A stretch of DNA of 64,000 nucleotides, taken from NCBI GenBank assembly GCA_900772415.1, contig CAAHEC010000058.1, forward strand, positions 4,762 through 68,761, written 5' to 3'. The position numbers and the translations under genes were made by a program. Of the stretch, positions 1 to 9,659 are shown piece by piece. This DNA is from Bacilli bacterium (GTDB lineage: Bacteria; Bacillota_I; Bacilli_A; RF39; UBA660). Under the pieces are notes generated by a model. It was not told the origin of the DNA. It was given only the letters and a program-made list of their open reading frames with translations, and ran no database searches. Each line of letters opens with the position of its first letter. Position 1 is the first letter of the stretch.

Positions 1-993
1 ACTGTAGATATTTGTAAAAAATATAATGCATCTTATTTTGTAAGAAAAGATTTAGAACTTAAAAGAAAGGGTTATGCACTTGATGAATGTGTTAAATATA
101 TTTTAAAAAATAATAAGCATTATGATGCATATTTTATATTTGATGCTGATAATATTCTTGATAAAAATTTCATCAAAAACATGGTACCTATTTTTGATAA
201 TGGTTATGATTTATCATCAGGATATAGAAATTGTAAAAATGGTAATGATAGTGTTATAGCAGCATCATCAGCGCTTACTTTTTCATTAGTTAATACAGTT
301 TTTAACAATAGAAAAAATAAAGAAACTAGGAATATAACTTTTTCTGGAACAGGTTTTTTTATAAGAGGGTCTTTAATAGAAAAGTGGGAAGGATATCCTT
401 TTCATAGTTTAACAGAAGATTATGAACTTAGTTTATATGCAACTTTAAATAATTTAACAACATATTATAATACTAAATCTATTTTTTATGATGAACAACC
501 TACTAATTTTAAGGCAACATTTAATCAAAGAGTAAGATGGATTAGAGGATATTTTGATGTTAGAAGAGAATATCAAAAAAAATTATTTGCATCTCTTTTA
601 AAAAAGGATAATAACTATGGTTCTAAATTAGATGAATCTTTTGGAATAATTCCTTATATAATAATTATTTTAGGTATATTTATATGGTTTATACCACTTG
701 TAATTTCATGTATTTATAATTATATTTTAAAAAATATGTTTTTATTTAAAAAAAATATAAAAGAAGTTTTAATATTTCTCTTTGTTATATATTTAATATT
801 ATTTTTTATGTCACTTGTTATTTTATTATTAGAAAATAAAAAAATAAACATAAATAAAAAAGTGAAAATAAAAACATTATTTTATAATCCTATATTTATA
901 ATTAGTTATGTTTTATGTGCAATTAAAGCATTAACTTCAAAAGAAGTAGGCTGGACAAAAATAGAACATGGAATAAAAAAGAAGACTGATTAA
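1..993 (+). CDS. Family-2 glycosyltransferase (processive GT2-like), 5' end cut by the window edge, C-terminal multi-TM region
   Basis: Frame 1 is open from nt 1 (TVDICKKYNASYF...), so the ORF-track start at 181 is internal. DxD-type motif FIFDADN, Q(R)xRW-type motif QRVRWIRG, then hydrophobic helices. Confidence 0.75.
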   Translation, partial: TVDICKKYNASYFVRKDLELKRKGYALDECVKYILKNNKHYDAYFIFDADNILDKNFIKNMVPIFDNGYDLSSGYRNCKNGNDSVIAASSALTFSLVNTVFNNRKNKETRNITFSGTGFFIRGSLIEKWEGYPFHSLTEDYELSLYATLNNLTTYYNTKSIFYDEQPTNFKATFNQRVRWIRGYFDVRREYQKKLFASLLKKDNNYGSKLDESFGIIPYIIIILGIFIWFIPLVISCIYNYILKNMFLFKKNIKEVLIFLFVIYLILFFMSLVILLLENKKININKKVKIKTLFYNPIFIISYVLCAIKALTSKEVGWTKIEHGIKKKTD

Positions 994-1003
994 TCAGTCT
1001 TTT
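983..1003. terminator. Palindromic hairpin between convergent genes (bidirectional terminator candidate)
   Basis: agactgat/atcagtct perfect palindrome at 983-1000 overlapping both stop codons, followed by ttt. Confidence 0.5.
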
Positions 1004-1935
1004 AATATTTTATCTGTATTTTTAAAGTTTAGTTTAGCTATTTTATTAAGAATATCTTTTCCATATATTTTGACTATTTCTTTTCCAAATTTATCTACTT
1101 CTAAGCCAGCTCCTTTTGGAACCTCTTTTCCCAACATTTTTGATATCTTATCCATTTCTTTTATAAACACATATCTGCTTATTATTGAAGAACAAGCGAC
1201 CGATAAGCATTTATCTTCTCCCTTAGTTGTAAATGTAATGTTTCTAAATACATTTTCTGAATCTTTTAAATAACTAAAATAATTTCTTGGATAGCAAAAT
1301 TGATCAATAACTACTTTATCATAATTATAGTTATCTTTTTTTAATAATGATAATAATGCTTTATTATGTAAAATAGCTTTTATTTTGTTCATATTAAAAT
1401 CTAAATGAGAATTATATTCTATATTATTATATATAATAGTTTCATATGGAATTCTTTTAATAATTTTAGGTACTATTTCAAGTATTTTTTGATCTGTTAA
1501 TTTTTTAGAGTCTTTAACACCTAATTCTTCTAAAAAAGGTATATCATCTTTTTTTACAAAACTAGCACTAACAACTATAGGACCAAAATAGTCTCCTGTT
1601 CCAACTTCATCAGAACCTGCAGAATTAATATAATAAAATTTCTTTTTTTCTTCAAAAATTTCTATTTCATTTTTCTTTTCTTTTTCTTTATTCTTTTTTT
1701 CGATAGGCATCTTTCCATTATTTAAATGTGCCTCCATATCTCTCCACATATTAGCATCTATATCCGCACTTATTCCTTGAAACATTACTTTTCCGGATTC
1801 ATATAGTGTAATAATAGTACCTGCTTCTTCTGCTTGAAAAACTGCATAAGGTGGGGTTTTATCTCTCTTTTTATCTTCATAATATTCAACCATTTTTTGT
1901 TTTGTATTATCACTAATTTTGTATACTATTACCAT
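994..1935 (-). CDS. rnhC: Ribonuclease HIII
   Basis: 313 aa. N-terminal RNase HIII-specific domain plus RNase HII/HIII core GSDEVGTGDYFGPIVV and DSKKL. Confidence 0.85.
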   Translation of the reverse strand: MVIVYKISDNTKQKMVEYYEDKKRDKTPPYAVFQAEEAGTIITLYESGKVMFQGISADIDANMWRDMEAHLNNGKMPIEKKNKEKEKKNEIEIFEEKKKFYYINSAGSDEVGTGDYFGPIVVSASFVKKDDIPFLEELGVKDSKKLTDQKILEIVPKIIKRIPYETIIYNNIEYNSHLDFNMNKIKAILHNKALLSLLKKDNYNYDKVVIDQFCYPRNYFSYLKDSENVFRNITFTTKGEDKCLSVACSSIISRYVFIKEMDKISKMLGKEVPKGAGLEVDKFGKEIVKIYGKDILNKIAKLNFKNTDKILKD

Positions 1936-2051
1936 TTTAATTTCACTCCTGTATTTATTTTAACATAAAAGTCTTTATTTATAAATAAGCTGGACTAATT
2001 AGTGTAAAATATTATATAATAAAAATGTACATAAATAATAGGAGGATATTT

Positions 2052-2354
2052 ATGATAAAACATGCGAATAATGAAAATTTTAATGAATTAGTAGGAGAAG
2101 AAAGAGTTTTAGTTGATTTTTTTGCTACTTGGTGTGGACCTTGTAAAATGCTTAGTTTAGTTATAGAGAAATTTGATAAAGAAAATACTATACCAATTAT
2201 AAAGGTAGATGTTGATGAGTGTGAGAAAGTTGCAAGTAAATATAGAATATTTTCTGTTCCAACGCTTATAGTTTTTGAAAATGGTAAAGAAATAAAAAGA
2301 AAAACCGGATATATGGGGTTAGAAGAGTTAGAAAAGTGGGTTTATGATGAGTAA
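2052..2354 (+). CDS. trxA: Thioredoxin
   Basis: WCGPC active site. RBS aggagg at 2040-2045 favours ATG 2052 over the ORF-track start at 2025. Confidence 0.9.
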   Translation: MIKHANNENFNELVGEERVLVDFFATWCGPCKMLSLVIEKFDKENTIPIIKVDVDECEKVASKYRIFSVPTLIVFENGKEIKRKTGYMGLEELEKWVYDE

Positions 2355-2754
2355 AATAAAAGGCTTCACTTTAGTAGAATTATTAGCTGTTATAGTAATT
2401 TTAGGAATTGTTTTATCCGTAAGTATAGTGTCGGTAAACAGTATAAGAAAAAAACAGGAAAAGGAAAACATGGAAAACGTAATAAGTAGTATTTTAACTG
2501 GGGCTAAAAGTTATGTTGCTGATAACAATTTAGATGTGCCTACAAGTCTTAAGGTAGAGATTTTACAAGATAATTATGTCTCTTTTGATCAAAAAGAATA
2601 TGATTTTAAAAATAAGATAGTTAATATATCTGCTTGTAAAAATAATGATTTAAAACTAGAGTATAGCATTAATATAGATAATAATATCTATACTGATTGT
2701 GGTTGTGAATTACAAGAGGAAGGTAATTCTTTAAAAATATGCATAAGAAAATAA
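2344..2754 (+). CDS. Small type IV pilin / pseudopilin-like protein (prepilin-type N-terminal cleavage/methylation domain)
   Basis: Class III signal peptide MMSKIKG|FTLVELLAVIVILGIV (G-F-T-L-x-E). C-terminal Cys cluster. Start overlaps the trxA stop by 11 nt. Confidence 0.8.
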   Translation: MMSKIKGFTLVELLAVIVILGIVLSVSIVSVNSIRKKQEKENMENVISSILTGAKSYVADNNLDVPTSLKVEILQDNYVSFDQKEYDFKNKIVNISACKNNDLKLEYSINIDNNIYTDCGCELQEEGNSLKICIRK

Positions 2755-2782
2755 CTAATTTATTCAAACTAGTTATTTTTTT
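2748..2782. terminator. Bidirectional intrinsic terminator
   Basis: 10-bp perfect stem aaaataacta (2748-2757) / tagttatttt (2770-2779), 12-nt loop, T-run. Lies between convergent genes. Confidence 0.6.
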
Positions 2783-3321
2783 ATATAATAATTTAATTTC
2801 TTTGGAAAATTTCCTTCTTCATAAGTAAACTCATATATTACGTTTTTATCAAATTCTTTATAAGTTATCTCATTATTTTTTAAAATATAATTTATTTTGT
2901 TAATGTTTTCATAATCAAATTCTATGCGTTTTGTTATCATATTTCTAATAGGAATTAAATTTTCATTATTAATTAAACTAGCAACAGAGTTGGTATATGC
3001 TCTAACAAGGCCTGCTGCTCCTAGTTTTATACCACCAAAGTATCTTATCACAACTGCTAAAATATGGTTTAAATTTTTACTTTCTAAAACGTTTAATATA
3101 GGCATACCAGCAGTGTGACTTGGCTCTTTATCATCGTTAAATCTTTTAATGTTATTAATTATATAAGAATAACAAATATGACTGGCATCTTTATATTTAG
3201 TTTTTAATTCATTTAATTTTTCATTTACTTCTAGTATGTTATTAACTTTATAAATGTATGTTATAAACTTAGATTTATTAATTATTATTTCACCATTTAC
3301 CTCGTTTTTGATAGTAAACAC
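2773..3321 (-). CDS. yigZ: YigZ / IMPACT family protein (UPF0029)
   Basis: KSKFI, DDKEPSHTAGMPIL and RYFGGIKLG motifs typical of the IMPACT N-terminal domain. 182 aa. Confidence 0.75.
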   Translation of the reverse strand: MFTIKNEVNGEIIINKSKFITYIYKVNNILEVNEKLNELKTKYKDASHICYSYIINNIKRFNDDKEPSHTAGMPILNVLESKNLNHILAVVIRYFGGIKLGAAGLVRAYTNSVASLINNENLIPIRNMITKRIEFDYENINKINYILKNNEITYKEFDKNVIYEFTYEEGNFPKKLNYYIKK

Positions 3322-3414
3322 ATTAAATCACCAAAAATATTATAAATGATTATTTCATTTTTATCAAATGTATTATATAATAAACATATAAGTTTTAGAA
3401 AATGGTGATAGTAA

Positions 3415-4812
3415 ATGATAAATATAAAAACAGATTCAAGAAAAGTCAAACCTGGTGATATATTTGTAGCTTTAAGAGGTATAGTAGGGGATGGTCATGA
3501 TTTTATACCTCAAGCAATAAAAAATGGAGCATCTAAGATAATTGCAGAGGAAGGGGAATATAATGTTCCATATCAAATAGTTCCTGATACAAGAGAATAT
3601 CTAAATAATTATTTAAAAGAAAATTATAATAAATATTTAAATAAAATGCATATAATTGGAATTACCGGTACTAATGGTAAAACAACTACTGCATATCTTA
3701 TATATGATGCGTTAAATAAATTAGATAAAAAATGTTGTTACATGGGTACAGTTGGATATTTTAGAGATAAAAAAATATGTGATTTGCCTAATACAACTCC
3801 TGAAGTAACTGAAGTTTATGATATGTTAATAGATGCATATGATTTAGGCTATAAATATGCTGTTATAGAAGCTTCTAGTGAAGGTCTTTTACATAGAAGA
3901 TTAGAGAATGTACCATTTGAATATTCTATATTTACAAATTTAACACAAGATCATTTAAATATTCATGGTACTATGGAAAATTACGCAAGATGTAAACAAA
4001 AATTATTTAATCAAATAAGACCTAATGGTAAGGCAATTATCAATTTTGATGATCCTAATAAAAACCTATTTTTATTTGACTACAATGATAACATAACTTA
4101 TGGATTTACTGGCGGTAATTATCATATAACTGATTATCAAATGAGCATTATGGGAAGTAATTTTACTTTTATATCAGACGGGGTAAAACAAAATATTAAG
4201 GTTCCATTAATTGGTAAATATAATATATATAATGTTTTAGTAACTATAATTGTGTTAAATTATCTTGGTATAACTTATTATGATATTTATGATGTTTTGT
4301 TGAATATAAACATGCCAGCAGGGAGAATGGATATGGTAGAGTACCAAAATAATCGTATTATAGTAGATTATGCTCATACCCCTGATGCTGTTTTAAACGT
4401 AATAAGTACTGTAAAGGAAGTTTGTGAAGGAAAAATTTATACTGTTTTTGGATGTACCGGAGATAGGGATAGGACTAAAAGACCTATTATGACAAAGATA
4501 GTAACTGATTTATGTGATAAAGCAATAATAACATCAGATGATTTACATAATGAAGATCCAAATCAAATTGTAAATGATATGATAAGTGGATTAACAAATT
4601 CTAATTATATTATTGAAATGGATAGGAGAAAGGCTATTATAGAAGGAATTAATCTTCTTAAAACTAATGATGTTTTATTGATTTTGGGAAAAGGACATGA
4701 ACAAGCTATTATAGTAAAAGATAATAAAAGAATTCCGTTTAACGATAAAACTGAAGTTTTAAAATATTTACAAACTAAAAATGTAATTAAAATAGAAAAA
4801 ATAGATGATTAG
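3415..4812 (+). CDS. murE: MurE-family Mur ligase (UDP-MurNAc-L-Ala-D-Glu:amino acid ligase), paralogue 1 with atypical specificity motifs
   Basis: GITGTNGKTTT P-loop, NTTPE, DYAHTPDA, GCTGDRDRTKRP, GKGHE. Has EASSEG and SDDLHNED where canonical MurE has EVSSH and DNPR/DDPR. Confidence 0.85.
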   Translation: MINIKTDSRKVKPGDIFVALRGIVGDGHDFIPQAIKNGASKIIAEEGEYNVPYQIVPDTREYLNNYLKENYNKYLNKMHIIGITGTNGKTTTAYLIYDALNKLDKKCCYMGTVGYFRDKKICDLPNTTPEVTEVYDMLIDAYDLGYKYAVIEASSEGLLHRRLENVPFEYSIFTNLTQDHLNIHGTMENYARCKQKLFNQIRPNGKAIINFDDPNKNLFLFDYNDNITYGFTGGNYHITDYQMSIMGSNFTFISDGVKQNIKVPLIGKYNIYNVLVTIIVLNYLGITYYDIYDVLLNINMPAGRMDMVEYQNNRIIVDYAHTPDAVLNVISTVKEVCEGKIYTVFGCTGDRDRTKRPIMTKIVTDLCDKAIITSDDLHNEDPNQIVNDMISGLTNSNYIIEMDRRKAIIEGINLLKTNDVLLILGKGHEQAIIVKDNKRIPFNDKTEVLKYLQTKNVIKIEKIDD

Positions 4813-4820
4813 GTGATTGT

Positions 4821-5258
4821 ATGGAAGTAGGAAATATTGTCTTTTTAAAAAATATATGTTTTAAAGAAGGCGTAGTAGACCATGCCTTCGATAGAGGAAG
4901 ACCATGTGTTTTTATTGGTGAATTAGATGAAAAAATGTATTTTGTTCCGCTTGCAAGTGTTAAAAATTTAAAATACCGTGACCATTTAAGAGGAATATTA
5001 AAGCCAAATAAAAATAATAATTTAACTAAAATATGTCATACAAATGTAAAAGAATTGATAGAAAAACCAATTGCATTTTATGAAATAAAAGGATATTTAA
5101 ATGATGAAGAATTGTTTAATTTATTTAATGATATTAAGATATATTATTCTACAATTAGAAATGAAAAAAATAGAATAATGGTAATGTTTGCAGATAATTA
5201 TATGAAATCTTTTAAAAAATATGTAGATTATAATAAAAAAATAACAAAAAGAAAGTGA
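4821..5258 (+). CDS. Hypothetical protein with weak PemK/MazF-like (SH3-barrel toxin fold) resemblance
   Basis: By-eye pattern: GNIVFL...RGRPCVFIGE...YFVPLAS...LTKICHTNVKELIEKPI...GYLNDEELFNLFNDIK compared with GDIxxV..G.E..G.RPxxVI...vxPxT...S.i...qirTid..Rl....G.L of the PemK family. No search run. Confidence 0.3.
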   Translation: MEVGNIVFLKNICFKEGVVDHAFDRGRPCVFIGELDEKMYFVPLASVKNLKYRDHLRGILKPNKNNNLTKICHTNVKELIEKPIAFYEIKGYLNDEELFNLFNDIKIYYSTIRNEKNRIMVMFADNYMKSFKKYVDYNKKITKRK

Positions 5259-5276
5259 TTTGACTTTCTTTTTTTA
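5247..5276 (+). terminator. Intrinsic terminator
   Basis: Stem aaagaaagt (5248-5256) / actttcttt (5263-5271) followed by a T-run. Overlaps the TGA stop. Confidence 0.65.
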
Positions 5277-5320
5277 AAATGTTAATATAACTATCAAATA
5301 AAAAAAGGGGTTTATGTAAT

Positions 5321-6175
5321 ATGGCTATAGAAAAAAGTTGTAAACTTGATGATAAAAGTAAAATTAATGAAATCTTTAAAAAATATATGTATTTGGTAGA
5401 AATGTCATTAAATAAGTTTGATTATGATAAACAAGATTATGAAGATTTATTACAAGATGGATACGAACGCTTGATAATATTAATTAAAAAATATATATTA
5501 GGGACATATAAGCATTCATTAAATATCTATTTAAATTATTCACTTAAACATTATTATAAAACACGTATAAAAAAAATGCATAAGGAAGAAGAAAATTTTC
5601 ACTTAAACTATGTTGATAGTAATAAAGATGATTTTATAACTAAATTAGAAGAAAAAGAGTATATAGGTAAGTTAGAAGAGTTTCTTTTTGAAACAAACTA
5701 TCTTACATTTTTGCAAAAAAATATTATTATGGCAAGAATAGGATATATAAATAATATTATGATAGATGATCACGAGCTTGCTTCTGCATTTTCATGCTCA
5801 AGTAGTAACATAAATCATCAATTTAATTGCTGGATGCAAGTAAATTTACCAAGACGTTTTGAACATAGAGTTTCTTTCAAAAATAATTATAGTCATTTTA
5901 CTGATTTATTTTCTTTTTTTGAAACTACAGAAGAAATAGTTAGGTATTTTATTAATGATCTTACTTTAGAAGAAATTATGTTATTAAAAAAAGTATGGGG
6001 CAATAATTATGACAATATAAAGGGTATAAAATATGCAAATATAGGCAAGGAAGAAGTTATAGAATATTATACTGTGATACATAAGTTATATGATAAAATA
6101 ACAAGTTGTGAAGTATTTGATATAATGCGTAAAACCGGAATTGATAGTTTTGAAATACTTAGAAAAACTAGATAA
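5321..6175 (+). CDS. Divergent sigma-70-family-like protein (region 2-like and region 4-like segments)
   Basis: DYEDLLQDGYERLIILIKKY resembles sigma region 2.1/2.2. LTFLQKNIIMARIGY...HELASAFSCSSSNINHQ resembles the region 4 HTH. 284 aa. Confidence 0.4.
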   Translation: MAIEKSCKLDDKSKINEIFKKYMYLVEMSLNKFDYDKQDYEDLLQDGYERLIILIKKYILGTYKHSLNIYLNYSLKHYYKTRIKKMHKEEENFHLNYVDSNKDDFITKLEEKEYIGKLEEFLFETNYLTFLQKNIIMARIGYINNIMIDDHELASAFSCSSSNINHQFNCWMQVNLPRRFEHRVSFKNNYSHFTDLFSFFETTEEIVRYFINDLTLEEIMLLKKVWGNNYDNIKGIKYANIGKEEVIEYYTVIHKLYDKITSCEVFDIMRKTGIDSFEILRKTR

Positions 6176-6191
6176 AAACATCATTTTAAAT

Positions 6192-6228
6192 AAAGCATAT
6201 CATAAAGACAAATGATATGCTTTTTTTG
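6192..6228 (+). terminator. Intrinsic terminator
   Basis: 12-bp stem aaagcatatcat (6192-6203) / atgatatgcttt (6212-6223) plus a T-run. Confidence 0.75.
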
Positions 6229-6255
6229 TGATATAATACCACTAGGTGGTTTATT

Positions 6256-8025
6256 ATGGATAAAATTAAAGAGAAATTAAGCTTACTTACAACAGAACCT
6301 GGATGCTATTTAATGAAAGATTCAAATAATAAAATAATATATGTTGGTAAGGCGAAGAATCTAAAGAGAAGGGTATCATCATACTTTAATAGAGAGCACA
6401 CTGGTAAAACTAAGGCTTTGGTAGAAAACATTCGTGATTTTGAGTACATTGTAACTCAAACAGAGGTAGAGTCTCTCTTATTAGAAATTAACTTAATTAA
6501 AAAGTATTCTCCAAAATACAACATAATGCTTAAAGATAGCAAATCTTATCCATATATAGAAATAACAAATGAAACATATCCAAGGCTTATAATATCAAGA
6601 CCAAGAAAAATAAAGGGACACAAAGGAAAGTTATTTGGACCATATCCCAATGCTAATGCCGCAAGAAAAACAGTAGAACTATTAAACAGAATATATCCTT
6701 TTAGAAAGTGTCATACCATGGATAAAAAAGTATGTTTATACTACCATATCGGTCAGTGTCTTGGTTATTGTGAGAAAAAGATAGATAAAAACATAATAAA
6801 AAACATGACTGATGAAGTTTCAAGTTTTTTAAAGGGTAATTATGATGAGGTTAGAAAAAAAATTAAGAATCTAATGAATGAAGCCTCAAGCAAGCTTAAT
6901 TTTGAAATGGCACTTGAGTATAAACAAATGCTTGAATACATTGATAAGGTGCTTGAAAAACAAAAGATTAGTTTAAATGATAACATAAATAGAGACGTTA
7001 TAAATTATTATGTCAAAAATGATTATATATCTTTTCAAGTGCTTCACTTAAGAGATGGTAGAATAAATATGAGAGATAAAGAGATATTTCCATTAATAGA
7101 TGATGAAAAAGATACTTTATCTTACTTTGTAACTAGTTTTTATGATAAAAATGATGTTCCAAAAGAGGTTTTAACGAGTTCTTCCTTTGACGTTAAACTA
7201 TTAAGTGATGCAATTAACACTAAGGTTTTAACACCGGTTCGTGGCATCAAAAAAAAGCTTGTAGATATGGCTTATGATAATGCTAAAATAGCATTAGAAG
7301 AAGAATTTGAATTAATAGTAAGGGATGATAAAAGAACGTTTGGAGCAAATGAAGAATTAGGTAAAATGCTTAATATTCCTAATTTAAAAAGAATCGAAAC
7401 ATTTGATAATGCTCATCTTTTTGGAACATTTACAGTCTCTGGCATGGTAGTGTTTACAAACGGAAAACCGGATAAAAAAGAATACCGTAAATATAAGATA
7501 AATTCTGCCTCTAAAGATGATTATCATACTATGCAGGAAGTAATATATAGAAGATATTATAGAGTACTTCATGATAAATTAGAAAGACCCGATTTAATAA
7601 TAGTAGATGGTGGCATATCTCAAATACATGCTGCAAAGGAAATATTAAATAGTCTGTATTTAGATATTCCAGTTGTTGGACTTAAGAAGAATGATAAACA
7701 TACAACAACGTCTTTAATAAGTGAAGATAAAGAATATGATATTGATAAAACATCGGATTTGTTTCATCTTTTAACACGCATGCAAGATGAGGTTCACCGC
7801 TTTACCATAAGCTATCATAAGGATATAAGAAGCAAAGGACAACTATATAGTATATTGGATAATGTACCAGGAATTGGCGACAAAAGGAAAAAGAAGTTAT
7901 TAAAAAAATATAAAACCATTACTAGGTTAAAAGAATTGAAATTAGATGAGTTAAAAAACGATTTGCCAAATAATGTAGCAAAAGAATTATTTTTATTTTT
8001 AAAAGAATATGAAAAAGATGTTTAG
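6256..8025 (+). CDS. uvrC: Excinuclease ABC subunit C
   Basis: GIY-YIG N-terminus (GCYLMKDSNNKIIYVGKAKNLKRRVSSYF), UvrBC-interaction region, C-terminal (HhH)2. 589 aa. Confidence 0.95.
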   Translation: MDKIKEKLSLLTTEPGCYLMKDSNNKIIYVGKAKNLKRRVSSYFNREHTGKTKALVENIRDFEYIVTQTEVESLLLEINLIKKYSPKYNIMLKDSKSYPYIEITNETYPRLIISRPRKIKGHKGKLFGPYPNANAARKTVELLNRIYPFRKCHTMDKKVCLYYHIGQCLGYCEKKIDKNIIKNMTDEVSSFLKGNYDEVRKKIKNLMNEASSKLNFEMALEYKQMLEYIDKVLEKQKISLNDNINRDVINYYVKNDYISFQVLHLRDGRINMRDKEIFPLIDDEKDTLSYFVTSFYDKNDVPKEVLTSSSFDVKLLSDAINTKVLTPVRGIKKKLVDMAYDNAKIALEEEFELIVRDDKRTFGANEELGKMLNIPNLKRIETFDNAHLFGTFTVSGMVVFTNGKPDKKEYRKYKINSASKDDYHTMQEVIYRRYYRVLHDKLERPDLIIVDGGISQIHAAKEILNSLYLDIPVVGLKKNDKHTTTSLISEDKEYDIDKTSDLFHLLTRMQDEVHRFTISYHKDIRSKGQLYSILDNVPGIGDKRKKKLLKKYKTITRLKELKLDELKNDLPNNVAKELFLFLKEYEKDV

Positions 8026-8088
8026 TCTTTTTCTTTTTTTAAGTGTTTTTGACTTATTTAGACAATAATTAAAGTGAAAGGGGGTCAC

Positions 8089-9282
8089 ATGAAAAAAATA
8101 ATCTTGTTTATTTTATTTATCGTTATTTTATCTGGTTGTAATAAGGACAAAGAAATTACAAAAAAAGAAATTAGTAATAAAAAAGAAGAAACTATATCAC
8201 CGAAAAAATATTATTCATATGCTGTTCCAATATATGATCATGATGATTATAAAATAGAAAATAAAAAATCTTATAAAAATATTAGTAATTTAAATTATAA
8301 AAATACTTATGATTCTTCAAATGATTCAAATGAAAAAGAGTTTGTAAATAACATTATAATTGGTAACGATGACACAGATAAAGAAAATTCTCTTATTAAA
8401 GAAAATTTAGAGAATGAAGAAGATGAAAGAGGAAAATTGACCGAAAAAGAAGATAATTTAAATGATGCTAAAGAAAAAATAAGTGAAGAAAAAGAAGATA
8501 ATTTAAATGATACTAAAGAAAAAATAAATGAAGAAAAAGAAGAAAAAAATAAGGAAGATAATAAAAAAATACTATCACCAACCTTAGATGATACTAAAGA
8601 AAAATTAAAAGAAGACAAAAAAGAGGATAATAAAGATAAGATTCAGATGGGATATTATTCTCCTAGTGGTAAATATTTAGGAACTACTAACGTAAAAGTC
8701 ATAGATGTAAGTTATTATCAAGGAAACATAAATTGGGATTTGTTTGCTAAAGAAAGCGATTGTTATGGTGTTATTTTAAGATTAGGATATTATACTACTT
8801 TAGATAAAAAGTTTGAATCTTACTTAAGGGAAATTAAAAGGTTAAATATTCCATATGGTATATATTTATTTAGTTATTCTAAGACAGAAAAAGGTGCTTT
8901 AAAAGAAGCTAATTTTGTTAGTTCTATGGTGGATAAATATAATTTATCTCCTAGCTTAGGCATATTTTATGATATTGAATCTTGGAACAGTAAAAATAGT
9001 AATTCTAATGATATTAGTAAGAGAATGTATGATAATATTGTTCAAATTTTTATAAATAAAGTTAGTAGTCATATTAACTATAAGTATAAAGTAAAGGTAT
9101 ATTCTGGTAGATGGTATGCTATGAATAGATTAGGATCTATCGCTAAATCTTATGTTGATTGGGTTGCTGAGTATAATAAAACTTGTAAGTACGATTCTAT
9201 TTATTCAATGTGGCAATATACATCACGAGCAAGAGTACCCGGAATAAATACCAATGTCGATGTTAGTTATATTATAAATTAA
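8089..9282 (+). CDS. Lipoprotein with C-terminal GH25 muramidase (lysozyme) domain and an acidic repeat linker
   Basis: Lipobox ILSGC. GH25 signature VIDVSYYQGNINWDLFAKESDCYGVILRLGY. ATG 8089 preferred (RBS agggggt) over GTG 8074. Confidence 0.75.
   Translation: MKKIILFILFIVILSGCNKDKEITKKEISNKKEETISPKKYYSYAVPIYDHDDYKIENKKSYKNISNLNYKNTYDSSNDSNEKEFVNNIIIGNDDTDKENSLIKENLENEEDERGKLTEKEDNLNDAKEKISEEKEDNLNDTKEKINEEKEEKNKEDNKKILSPTLDDTKEKLKEDKKEDNKDKIQMGYYSPSGKYLGTTNVKVIDVSYYQGNINWDLFAKESDCYGVILRLGYYTTLDKKFESYLREIKRLNIPYGIYLFSYSKTEKGALKEANFVSSMVDKYNLSPSLGIFYDIESWNSKNSNSNDISKRMYDNIVQIFINKVSSHINYKYKVKVYSGRWYAMNRLGSIAKSYVDWVAEYNKTCKYDSIYSMWQYTSRARVPGINTNVDVSYIIN
8443..8545 (+). repeat. 45-bp in-frame tandem repeat, about 2.3 copies, inside the lysozyme linker
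   Basis: 8443-8487 and 8488-8532 differ at 2 nt (EKEDNLNDAKEKISE / EKEDNLNDTKEKINE). A partial third copy follows. Confidence 0.85.
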
Positions 9283-9307
9283 AAAGAATACTATTTAAGC
9301 ATTCTTT

Positions 9308-9568
9308 TTAAAACCATCTTCTAGGTGGGTAAGGGTAATAGATATTTGGAGGATAATAATATACTGGTCTATTATATCCATAACCGTTATTCCAAAATGC
9401 TGGAGCAATAGCAGCACCTGTTACACCACCTAATAAAAATGGAAATACAAATCCTCCTGCTAAACGCTCATCGCTTTTGTTATTGCCATTGTTAGGATAT
9501 TGATACCAATTACTAGATGATGGATAGCTGTTTTGAGAAGTTTGATAACTTTGATTCATATGTTTCAC
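9308..9568 (-). CDS. Small Tyr/Pro/Asn-rich protein with a central Gly-rich hydrophobic segment (unknown function)
   Basis: 86-aa ORF with RBS (aggtaggtg on the minus strand). Composition YPNNGNN...GGFVFPFLLGGVTGAAIAPAF...YYYPPNIYYPYPP. Confidence 0.45.
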   Translation of the reverse strand: MKHMNQSYQTSQNSYPSSSNWYQYPNNGNNKSDERLAGGFVFPFLLGGVTGAAIAPAFWNNGYGYNRPVYYYPPNIYYPYPPRRWF

Positions 9569-9659
9569 CTACCTCTAAGGTAGTATATGAAATAGTAAAT
9601 TAATTGACATAAATTGCTTTTAAAATGTTATAATTGTTTATGTGAAAGAGGTATTGAAA

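Noticed and set aside
8307-8618. An antisense 103-aa Ser/Phe-rich ORF lies inside the lysozyme linker.
   Set aside because: It is a mirror of the GAA/AAA-rich repeat region on the coding strand, with no RBS. It is an artefact of the repeat composition.
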